Below are positions 27,043-35,023 of a DNA stretch of 36,076 bases, piece after piece (position 1 is the first letter of the stretch; each line of letters opens with the position of its first letter). Under the pieces are notes generated by a model, which ran no database searches, was not told where the DNA came from, and was given only the letters and a program-made list of their open reading frames with translations. The stretch comes from a virus (taxonomy: Duplodnaviria; Caudoviricetes), in IMG/VR virus record IMGVR_UViG_3300049191_000029, positions 1-36,076 of that record. One strand, written 5' to 3'. The position numbers and the translations under genes were made by a program.

Positions 27043-27789
27043 TTACAAGTTCTCGTCGCCGTTTGACATGACGATTTGCACCGGGCCGCCATCCTTGCCG
27101 CCCAGCTCGACCTTATCGCGCAGCATGCCTTGCTGGCGCATCAGGAGCTGCAGGAAGCCCTCCTTGGAGTGCATGAGCAGCTGCGTGCCGTCTTTGGTGA
27201 TCTTCACCCCGGCGTAGAGCGCGCGGGCTGCCGGCGAGGCCTTGGCGGTGTCCTTGAACAGTGCGGAGCCTACGCCTTCACCTCGGCATTCCGTGCAGTC
27301 GGGGTCTGGGGGCTTGGTGTGGTCGTAATCGTCACCGCCCATTTCGTCGAACGCTTTCGGTTCGTGGGGTTTGCCCTTGGTAGCCTGTTGCTGGGCCGCC
27401 AGCTCGGACCGTTCGTGTGCCTGGCGGCCAGCCTTCATTTCCTCGGGAGTGCGCTTGTAGCCGCACCCGAACGACCAGCAAAAGCGGCAGCAAGTGCGTC
27501 GGTATTCGACCAGCTCGTTAGGGTCGGCGTGGACCACGCGGAGCAATTCCGCGACGATGCGATCTTGATCGACGCCAGTTCGCGCAGCGACTTTTGCGCG
27601 CAAATCTTGCAGATAGGCCAATACGTGGGGCAAGTTCAGGATGCGGCAGGCTTCCACCTCAGCTGCCCGCTTGTTGCGAGTCGAATAGCCGGCGCGCTCG
27701 TACACCTGCAACTGCGTGAGCTGTGGTTCGCTCACCAGCAGTTCGCAGAACTTGCGTTGCATCGCCGTCAGACCTTCGCTTCGTGCCAC
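27043..27789 (-). CDS. terS: Terminase small subunit with Cys-rich insertion
   Basis: LTAMQRKFC..., AGYS HTH, CCRFC...CTECRGEG, ELGGKDGGPV tail. Confidence 0.85.
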   Translation of the reverse strand: MARSEGLTAMQRKFCELLVSEPQLTQLQVYERAGYSTRNKRAAEVEACRILNLPHVLAYLQDLRAKVAARTGVDQDRIVAELLRVVHADPNELVEYRRTCCRFCWSFGCGYKRTPEEMKAGRQAHERSELAAQQQATKGKPHEPKAFDEMGGDDYDHTKPPDPDCTECRGEGVGSALFKDTAKASPAARALYAGVKITKDGTQLLMHSKEGFLQLLMRQQGMLRDKVELGGKDGGPVQIVMSNGDENL

Positions 27790-27844
27790 CGTTCACCCTC
27801 CCTTTCGCTTCGCAGTCTACCGGCACAAGTTGTACAAATCAAGC

Positions 27845-28060
27845 CCCAATTTGTTTGTAAAAATTTGCACGTTCACCTAAACGTCTTACTTGTAAATTTT
27901 TACAGGTTTCTTTTTCGCAACCGCTGCTCCATTGCTCCATTGCTCCACCCCCTAAAGGGGGATGGAGCTGGATGGAGCACTGAATCAGGACTGCACGTTG
28001 CTCCATTTGCTCCAATGGAGCACGAATGGAGCAAATGGAGCGTAAAATTTTGCAAGTAAA
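27845..28060. repeat. Putative replication origin: 10 GCTCCA/TGGAGC repeats with AT-rich flanks
   Basis: Forward copies at 27926, 27934, 27942, 28000, 28009; reverse copies at 27963, 27973, 28016, 28027, 28036; directly downstream of the primase-helicase gene. Confidence 0.7.
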
Positions 28061-28064
28061 TGTG

Positions 28065-30059
28065 TCATGGCCGCGCGAGAATTTCACCAATTTCCACTAG
28101 CAATCCTTTGTCGATCAACGCCCGAATTGCTCTTTTCGCATCGCGAGCAGCGTTTTTCGGTGTTTTCCCGTCAAGCCCAGGTGCCACCTGCGCAACAACA
28201 TTTGCCACAAGTTTCTCGATTTCGATTTCTCCCCCCAGGTCTTCCATGGTCTCAAAAGCGCTCATGACGGCGTGCTGGTGAGGGCCGGTCGCCGCTACCA
28301 AAGGGGTGCTGGCACGCCGTTCGGTGGCCGACACAACGCAGCTGGTGATCGCCTCGCCGTCCTCGTCCTGGCCCAGGGCGACGGTATGTAGTGAGAAGCC
28401 GTACTTATCCCCTTCTCCCTCCCCGTCCTTCATCTTGGTAACGCGCACTTCCCGATAATCAGCTGCGCCACGTTCGACCATAATTTCGACGTCCATGGCC
28501 CCCTTCATGCCAGACCATCCTCGAGCACCCCGACTGCTGTCCTTACCGGTGTGGTGCACGATCAGTACCATGGCCCCGGTTACTTTGTTGAGCAGCTTGC
28601 AGTGTCCCAGCACGCGGCCGCTATCGGTGGCGCCGTTCTCGTCGCCGCCGGGCATGACCTGGGCATAGGTGTCCACGATGATCAGGTCCCACTCGCCAGC
28701 GGCCTTGGCGGCTTTCACCAGGTCCTTGATATCGTCCTTCTCCAAGAAGTTCGGCGCATCGGGAATCACCGCCATGTCGAACTCTTCAGGGGTCAAGCCA
28801 TTGTAGTCGAGGTACGCCGCGATGCGATTGCGAAAGCCTGAGGCGCCCTCGGCACAGATGTAGAGCACGCGCCCCTGTTCAACCTTGTGCCCTCGCCAGT
28901 CGGCGCCCCGGGTGACCGCGCCGGCCAGATCGAGAGCCAGGAACGATTTGCCAGCTCCTGACTCGCCCACCAACATACCTACCTGGGCGCGCGGCAAAAG
29001 CCGCTTGATCATCCAGCGCATCGGCTTGCGCTTCAGGAACTCAACCGGGGCGAGAGGGCGGAAACGCATTTCCTTAATCGGCGCCGTGTCGCGGCTCATG
29101 ATAGCCGGATCAGGTCCCAGGTCTTCGAAATCGTCCAGAGTGAGCGGTTTCGACGCGTCGATACGGGATTTACCCTTGCAGCAGTGTTCGCGCCAGAGGT
29201 ACAGTAACGCGCGGTCGTGATCCTGCCGCCGGTGATCGAGCGCGATTTCCATGGCAAAATCATTGGTAGCCAGGATCGAGAACACTTCATCGTCCGACAG
29301 GCCGGCACCGTAGAGGGCCACGGACGCAGCGAACACGGCGCGAGAGCGGTCGCCCGAGTGCCGTCCTTCGAGCAGGAATTCCTTGACCGTCGCACGCAGC
29401 GGCATTGACGCCAGGTCGGGCAGCAGCAGGTCGTCCAGCAGCTCGGGCATGTTCAGGTCGATCACGTCGGCCTTGCGCTTCTCTTTGGCGTAGCGTGCTG
29501 AAAGCGCCGCCATGGTGTCGGTCGACGGCGCGCGCAGTGACGGAAGACTGCCCGGCACTTGATCACCAGTAACGGTCAGGAAGCGGGCCTCGTTGCCGCC
29601 GTAGACCTCAATCCCCACTTCGTGGTTGTTCCAATCCTGCGGCACGTCCCCCAGCGCCAGCACGCGCAGGCCGTGACCGGACGGCGAGAACTCGGTGTAG
29701 CTGTCCACCTTGGCGATCACCTCGGCGGCCCAGGGCGCAATCTCGCCATCCTCAATGCAGTGGTCGAGGTCAATGCCGATCACCCCATGGGCACCGGTCA
29801 TGACGTAGCCGACGCCGGCAAAGATCGAGTTGGATTCAAAAGCAGCCAGTGCTACCTCATAGCTGAACCACTGTTCGGGCTTGGTCGTGCTGATGCCGTA
29901 TTCGGGCCGATCAGCACGATGCGGCACCTTGTCGTATTTCCGTTTCTTCTCGTTCCAGACGGCGCGCCAGGGCGCCCACCTGCGCTGCGCACGTAGGTGT
30001 TCAGGGATGGCGCTGCCGACGAACGGGCGCAGCGGCGCCGGTGTCTCGCGGGCGGCCAT
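28065..30059 (-). CDS. Primase-polymerase (NrS-1-like AEP) fused to an AAA_25/RepA-type helicase
   Basis: GIDLDHC, YTEFSPSGHG, IEVY...RFLTVTG; GESGAGKS, LIIVDT, VHHTGKD..RGARGWS. Confidence 0.88.
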   Translation of the reverse strand: MAARETPAPLRPFVGSAIPEHLRAQRRWAPWRAVWNEKKRKYDKVPHRADRPEYGISTTKPEQWFSYEVALAAFESNSIFAGVGYVMTGAHGVIGIDLDHCIEDGEIAPWAAEVIAKVDSYTEFSPSGHGLRVLALGDVPQDWNNHEVGIEVYGGNEARFLTVTGDQVPGSLPSLRAPSTDTMAALSARYAKEKRKADVIDLNMPELLDDLLLPDLASMPLRATVKEFLLEGRHSGDRSRAVFAASVALYGAGLSDDEVFSILATNDFAMEIALDHRRQDHDRALLYLWREHCCKGKSRIDASKPLTLDDFEDLGPDPAIMSRDTAPIKEMRFRPLAPVEFLKRKPMRWMIKRLLPRAQVGMLVGESGAGKSFLALDLAGAVTRGADWRGHKVEQGRVLYICAEGASGFRNRIAAYLDYNGLTPEEFDMAVIPDAPNFLEKDDIKDLVKAAKAAGEWDLIIVDTYAQVMPGGDENGATDSGRVLGHCKLLNKVTGAMVLIVHHTGKDSSRGARGWSGMKGAMDVEIMVERGAADYREVRVTKMKDGEGEGDKYGFSLHTVALGQDEDGEAITSCVVSATERRASTPLVAATGPHQHAVMSAFETMEDLGGEIEIEKLVANVVAQVAPGLDGKTPKNAARDAKRAIRALIDKGLLVEIGEILARP

Positions 30060-30062
30060 GGC

Positions 30063-30296
30063 TTACAAGCCGCCGGATTGATCGAGCAGTTCCGCCGTGC
30101 GCGGGTCCACCAGCTGCGCACGAGGCACACCGGTATGGTGTTCAATTTCGATCACGCGGTCCTGCGGAGGGTAGCCGCGCACGACCCACTGCGATACGGC
30201 TTGCTGGGTGACGCCCAGCAGTTCCGCCAGTTTCACCTGGCCGCCGACGGCAGCCGCAGCGCGAACGATACCCGGTTGTTCTTTGTTCTGTTCCAT
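30063..30296 (-). CDS. Cro/YdaS-like HTH regulator
   Basis: GGQVKLAELLGVTQQAVSQW; start MEQNKE at 30296 with AAGGA RBS. Confidence 0.85.
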   Translation of the reverse strand: MEQNKEQPGIVRAAAAVGGQVKLAELLGVTQQAVSQWVVRGYPPQDRVIEIEHHTGVPRAQLVDPRTAELLDQSGGL

Positions 30297-30315
30297 TTGA
30301 ATATTTCCTTTGATG

Positions 30316-30417
30316 TTGTACAAGCGCCCCTATTATGCGCCTTGATCTTGTACAAGGCAACGTGGCTTTCCAAAATGAACGTTTTGACATTTCAATCGCG
30401 CGCACCTACGCTACAAT
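30316..30417. promoter_or_regulatory. Divergent promoter/operator region
   Basis: Minus strand: TTGCCT (30360-55)-17-CATAAT (30337-32), with TTGTACAA at 30316 and 30348. Plus strand: TTGACA (30384)-17-TACGCT. Confidence 0.7.
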
Positions 30418-30461
30418 CTCTTTACAAGCACTTGCTTGTATTAACCCTCAGGAGAGTAAGA

Positions 30462-30785
30462 ATGGATATCGGGAAAGCAATCGAGGCAGACCGCAAGCAC
30501 GTGGGCATGTCGCAAGACCAGCTGGCCGACGCCGTCGGCGTTTCACAACAAGCCGTGTCGTATTGGGAAGAAGGCCGCTCGCGCCCGCAGAAGGACCGGG
30601 TGCACGTACTGGCCGATCTGTTCGGCACCGGCAGCCACTGCGCGGAATATTTGCGCGCCCGGCACCCGGGCGCCAGTGACCCGACGAACAGCATAGCCCT
30701 GCGCAGTCTGACCCAAGCGCGCGGTGCCCTGGTGCAGGCCCTGCGCGAAGTGGATTTCGCGCTTGCCACAATCAACAAGCGATAA
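30462..30785 (+). CDS. XRE-family HTH repressor-like protein, 107 aa, no peptidase domain
   Basis: MSQDQLADAVGVSQQAVSYWEEGRSRP; AGGAG RBS before ATG 30462. Confidence 0.88.
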   Translation: MDIGKAIEADRKHVGMSQDQLADAVGVSQQAVSYWEEGRSRPQKDRVHVLADLFGTGSHCAEYLRARHPGASDPTNSIALRSLTQARGALVQALREVDFALATINKR

Positions 30786-30851
30786 GTTGTTGACACAAGT
30801 CACGACTTGTATAAAAATGAAGGCTCCAAACACAAACAGGGAGTCTTCAGC

Positions 30852-31415
30852 ATGGAAATCAAAGTACACATCAGCCGTCAGCTGGTAGGCGGCTATGTCA
30901 ATTACGAGGCGTCTTGCGCCGGCTCGAAAGAGGCGCTGCAGCTCACCAGCGACTTGCTGGGCGGCCTGACCGGCCAAGCGGCAGTACCTACCGGCGTAAT
31001 CCTGGGCGCCGGCGCGCAGCTGGCCAGCGCTGCTCCTACCGAAACGCCGCCAGAACCACAGGTCGAGAAGCAGAAACCGACCACCGCAAAAGACGCGATC
31101 AACCAGGCTCTGGAAGCGGCGCGGAAGGACAAGGACGCAAAAAAAGTCGAAAAGGAAGCCGCCGAGGCCAAGGAAAAAGAAACTACCAGCGCCAGCGAGC
31201 AAGTTGGAGCCGGTTCCTCTGAAGCTGATGTCGAAGAAGGCGACGCCGTCGACTATGAAGCCGTTAAAAAAGCCGTTCTGACCTTGAACAAGCAAAAGGG
31301 CCGCGAGGTGGCGCTGCAGCTGCTGGGCGAGTTCGGCGTGACCACCGCCCCGGCGCTCAAGTCCGAGCAGTACGCTTCTGTCGTGTCCAAAGCCAACGCC
31401 ATTCTGGCGGCTTGA
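30852..31415 (+). CDS. Hypothetical protein typical of DUF2800/DUF2815 modules
   Basis: Low-complexity linker plus a small C-terminal helical domain (LLGEFGV..APAL..EQY). Confidence 0.75.
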   Translation: MEIKVHISRQLVGGYVNYEASCAGSKEALQLTSDLLGGLTGQAAVPTGVILGAGAQLASAAPTETPPEPQVEKQKPTTAKDAINQALEAARKDKDAKKVEKEAAEAKEKETTSASEQVGAGSSEADVEEGDAVDYEAVKKAVLTLNKQKGREVALQLLGEFGVTTAPALKSEQYASVVSKANAILAA

Positions 31416-31417
31416 TC

Positions 31418-32830
31418 ATGGCGGAGCACGCTACCCTCTCTCCTTCCGGCGCGCACCGCTGGATGGCCTGCGCCGGCTCGCTTGCCCTTGAGGCCGGCGT
31501 GCCAGACAAGAGCAGTGAGTTCGCCGAAGAAGGCACGCTCGCGCACGCCCTGGCCGCCGAGTGCTTGCAACAGGAATTCGACGCCCTCTACTTCGTCGAC
31601 CGTGAGTTCTTCTATGCGGACCACGGCGCAGCGAAGTCGGCCACCATCAGCAAGGACATGGCCGAGTACGTTCAGCAGTACGTCGAGAAGATTCGCCAGT
31701 ATGCCGCCGCCGGCGAACTGCTGGTCGAACAGCGGTTGGAATTCTCGCAGTTCATCGGCGTGCCTGAGCAATTCGGCACCAGCGACGCGGTGATCCTACT
31801 GGACGACGAGCTGCAGGTGCACGACTTGAAATATGGTCGCGGCGTGAAGGTCGATGCCGACAACAACGAGCAGCTGATGTTGTATGCGCTGGGCGCTTAC
31901 GCCGAATATTCCGCCATGGGCGACTTCAAGCGCATCCGCATGGTGATCCACCAGCCGCGCCTGTCGCATCTGTCTGAATGGGATTGCACGGTCGATGAGC
32001 TGATGGCGTTCGCTGAACGTGCCAAGGTCGCGGCGCAAAAGGCAATCGCCATCCTGCGCTCGGATCGCGCTGAGGTTGATCTGGCCGCCGCGCTCACCCC
32101 CGGCGACGCGCAGTGCAAGTTCTGCAAAGCGAAAGGCCCGCGCTGCCCGGCGTTGACCGAGAAGGTACTGGCGACCGTGGCCAGCGACTTCGAGAAAATC
32201 GAGGACCAGCCGATCATTGAAGGCCTGAAGAAAGGCGAAGTTGCGGTCAGCATCGCTGACGCCGAAAAGGTCGTCGCGGCTGCCTATGGCGTGACAGCTA
32301 AAGCCGTAGATTTTGTCGACAATACGCATGAGGGCGGTGAGCAAACCTACTTCTGTGTGAAAAAACCTACTCTACGCCCTGCACTGGACGGCGCCGAGCA
32401 GCGCGTAGCTAGCGCCAGCGATGAGAACTTGGCCCTCTGCATGGAAGCGGTTGATCTGGTCGAAGGCTGGTGTAAGGCTGTTCGGGCCGAAGTTGAGCGC
32501 CGCTTGTTGGCCGGGGGTACCGTACCCGGTTTCAAGCTGGTGCAAGGACGTGCTGGCGCGCGTGCCTGGATCGACGAGGCCCAGGCCGAAGCGCTGCTCA
32601 AGGGCTTCCGGTTGAAGCGCGAAGAAATGTACGACCTGAAACTGATTAGCCCGACCAGTGCCGAGAAGGTGCTGGCCGATTCGCCAAAGCGCTGGACCAA
32701 GGCGAAAGAGCTGATCACCAGCAGCGAAGGCCGCCCATCCGTGGCACCGGCAGCCGACAAACGCCCTGCACTGGAAATGAAACCGGTCGCGGACGAGTTC
32801 AACGACGAGACCGGCGAAGACTTGGTCTAA
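31418..32830 (+). CDS. DUF2800 Cas4-like PD-(D/E)xK nuclease
   Basis: [40 protein letters not shown].....C. Confidence 0.9.
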   Translation: MAEHATLSPSGAHRWMACAGSLALEAGVPDKSSEFAEEGTLAHALAAECLQQEFDALYFVDREFFYADHGAAKSATISKDMAEYVQQYVEKIRQYAAAGELLVEQRLEFSQFIGVPEQFGTSDAVILLDDELQVHDLKYGRGVKVDADNNEQLMLYALGAYAEYSAMGDFKRIRMVIHQPRLSHLSEWDCTVDELMAFAERAKVAAQKAIAILRSDRAEVDLAAALTPGDAQCKFCKAKGPRCPALTEKVLATVASDFEKIEDQPIIEGLKKGEVAVSIADAEKVVAAAYGVTAKAVDFVDNTHEGGEQTYFCVKKPTLRPALDGAEQRVASASDENLALCMEAVDLVEGWCKAVRAEVERRLLAGGTVPGFKLVQGRAGARAWIDEAQAEALLKGFRLKREEMYDLKLISPTSAEKVLADSPKRWTKAKELITSSEGRPSVAPAADKRPALEMKPVADEFNDETGEDLV

Positions 32831-32854
32831 ACACAACCCATTGAAAGAGTAATC

Positions 32855-33406
32855 ATGAAAATCAAATTGCAAAACGTGCGTCTGGCATTTCCTCAGCTGT
32901 TCAAAGCGACCACTGTCAACGGCGAAGGCGAACCGGCTTTCTCGGCGTCGTTTCTGATCGAACCGGACGACGCCCAGGTGAAGAGCATCGAAGCTGCTAT
33001 CGAGCAGGTAGCCAAGGACAAATGGGGCGCGAAAGCTGCCGACGTCCTGAAAGGCATGCGCAAGAGCGACAAAACCTGCCTGCACGACGGCGACACCAAG
33101 AGCCAGTACGCTGGTTTCGAGAACATGCTGTTCATTTCGTCCCGCAACAAGACCCGCCCCCTGGTGATCGACCGCGACAAGACGCCGCTGGCCGAAGCAG
33201 ATGGCAAGCCTTACGCTGGTTGCTACGTCCACGTGTCGCTTGATCTGTGGGCGCAGGACAACAACTACGGCAAGCGCATCAACGCGAGCCTGGGCGGTGT
33301 CCAGTTCTACCGCGATGGCGACGCCTTCACCGGCGGCGGCGCGGCGAGCGAAGACGAATTTGACGACCTGGGCGCCGGCACGGACGCCGAGGCCGACTTG
33401 GTCTAA
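32855..33406 (+). CDS. ssb: DUF2815 single-stranded DNA-binding protein
   Basis: VRLAFP, LHDGD, YAGCY, LGGVQF.RDG, acidic tail. Confidence 0.88.
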   Translation: MKIKLQNVRLAFPQLFKATTVNGEGEPAFSASFLIEPDDAQVKSIEAAIEQVAKDKWGAKAADVLKGMRKSDKTCLHDGDTKSQYAGFENMLFISSRNKTRPLVIDRDKTPLAEADGKPYAGCYVHVSLDLWAQDNNYGKRINASLGGVQFYRDGDAFTGGGAASEDEFDDLGAGTDAEADLV

Positions 33407-33410
33407 GATT

Positions 33411-33575
33411 TCCCAGCGGGGGCTGTTGCCTAAGCTGGGGTTCGCCTCCCGGTACACAGCCCTGCCTTGCTAATTGCGCGGTCCCGCACCGCTTGTATCG
33501 CCGCGCAAGGTGCAGTGATGGGTAGCCCCATCCAAACCGCTAACAGCCTTAATCACATCAGCGGAAAGGCAGGGA
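33411..33575 (+). ncRNA. Candidate structured RNA with pseudoknots
   Basis: Seven perfect 5-9 bp complementary pairs within a 176-nt intergenic region (listed in findings). Confidence 0.5.
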
Positions 33576-33582
33576 ATCGGCT

Positions 33583-33894
33583 ATGACGACTTACAGCGTG
33601 CGCTGCCGCAATTCGGCGTGCAGGCATAGGCGGGTGACGACCAAACACCCAGATGATTACAAGATAGTTCCGAAATGCCCGAAGTGCGGCCACCGAAAGG
33701 GGTGGCGCATAGAGGGCCGAGCCTACAACCAGCGCCAGCTGTGCCACTGCAGCGGGCCGGAATTGACGAAGGGCGAACATTTCCCCCACCGGGTGACGCA
33801 TCCGTATTGCGACAACCACCCGCTGGGCTTTTACAACCAGGCGCGCGCCCGAGGCGTTGCGCATGAGGATATCCCAGAAGAGTACAGGCCATGA
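33583..33894 (+). CDS. Cys/His-rich Zn-finger protein
   Basis: CRNSAC, CPKC, CHC, H...H..C. Confidence 0.75.
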   Translation: MTTYSVRCRNSACRHRRVTTKHPDDYKIVPKCPKCGHRKGWRIEGRAYNQRQLCHCSGPELTKGEHFPHRVTHPYCDNHPLGFYNQARARGVAHEDIPEEYRP

Positions 33895-34142
33895 GCTACT
33901 TTGATGACAACGAAGACGAAATCATCTATGGACGCAATCTTCGGCGCCGGGTGGCGGCATCAAAAGCCCGCGACGAAAAAGAGTGCCCGAAGTGCGGTGC
34001 TTGCCCGTTGAAGCTGCGTTTGAACGACAACGGTAATTGGCAGTTGTTTGAGCAAGAACGCGGCGAGCATAACCGGAACACTCCGCACAACTGCAACCCG
34101 TGTACGGAAGACGATTTCGAGGACGTATCCGCAGACGCGTAA
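33891..34142 (+). CDS. Small Zn-ribbon protein
   Basis: CPKCG...PHNC; ATGA coupling. Confidence 0.7.
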   Translation: MSYFDDNEDEIIYGRNLRRRVAASKARDEKECPKCGACPLKLRLNDNGNWQLFEQERGEHNRNTPHNCNPCTEDDFEDVSADA

Positions 34143-34185
34143 GAAGACGCCCGCCGGTTCCTTCGGCGCCAGGCCGTGCTGGTCG

Positions 34186-34521
34186 ATGCGGCGCCGGCTG
34201 TTCGCCTACGGACGCGACGCGCTGCCGCCGTCCTTCGCCTCGTCCAACTGGATCGTGGCCCGCATCCGCGCCATCGTGCCGTGGGCCGACTTCAAGGCGA
34301 TCCGCGCGGTATACGCCGAGGCCGACCGCATGACTATCGTAACGGGCGTCAAGCACCACGTGGATCACGTTATCCCACTGAACCACCCACGGGTGTGCGG
34401 ACTGCACGTGGCGGCGAACATGCGCGTTATCCCGGCCGGCCCGAACATGAGCAAGGGCAACGACTGGAATCCCGATCAACTGGAGCTGTTCACACAGCCC
34501 GAACAACTAAGGTTGATATGA
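34186..34521 (+). CDS. HNH endonuclease (start uncertain)
   Basis: HVDHVIPL...CGLHV..N.......N..KGN. Confidence 0.8.
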   Translation: MRRRLFAYGRDALPPSFASSNWIVARIRAIVPWADFKAIRAVYAEADRMTIVTGVKHHVDHVIPLNHPRVCGLHVAANMRVIPAGPNMSKGNDWNPDQLELFTQPEQLRLI

Positions 34522-35023
34522 CGAAAGTTTTAGACCCCTGTTGCGGCAGCCGCATGATGTGGTTCGATAAGCGCGACTCGCGCGCGCGGTGTTCGGCGAT
34601 AGGCGCAGCGAAACGATCACGGTCACCGACCGGACCCACCGCCAGGACGGCACCCGCACGTTGCGGATTGAGCCGGATACTGTCATGGACTTTCGCGCTC
34701 TGCCTTTCGCGGATTCGACCTTTAAATTGGTCGCGTTTGACCCACCGCACCTCGAACGCGCCGGGCCTAAAAGCTGGCTTGCTGCGAAGTACGGGAAGCT
34801 TTCTGAGGATTGGCGGGCCGACCTACGCGCCGGGTTTGCTGAATGCTTTCGCGTGCTGGAGGATGGCGGCGTGCTGGTCTTCAAATGGAATGAAACCCAG
34901 GTGAAATTGCCCCAGGTGCTGGCGTTGACGCCGCATGCCCCGCTATTCGGGCAAGTGTCAGGGCGCGCAGGCATGACGCACTGGCTTGTGTTTATGAAAG
35001 ACGATTTTTCGGACCTCGTATGA
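34518..35023 (+). pseudogene. SAM-dependent (amino-type DNA) methyltransferase interrupted by a 2-nt frameshift
   Basis: MTKVLDPCCGSRMMWFDK in one frame and VFGDRR...FDPPH...GGVLVFKW in another; the break lies in (CG)5 at 34579-34588. Confidence 0.8.

Noticed and set aside
27925-28041. CRISPR-like mini-array
   Set aside because: Units are only 6-8 nt, in both orientations, with no unique spacers; the DUF2800 Cas4-like gene is a normal replication-module nuclease.
29997-30461. 262-aa extended version of the XRE regulator
   Set aside because: The extension overlaps the Cro-like gene and divergent promoters; the RBS supports ATG 30462.
33440-33575. Assignment to HDV-like, hammerhead or twister ribozyme, or tRNA
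   Set aside because: Partial resemblances only (GG-TCCCGCA-CC loop, GTGATG...CAAA); I could not fit the required core nucleotides or a cloverleaf.
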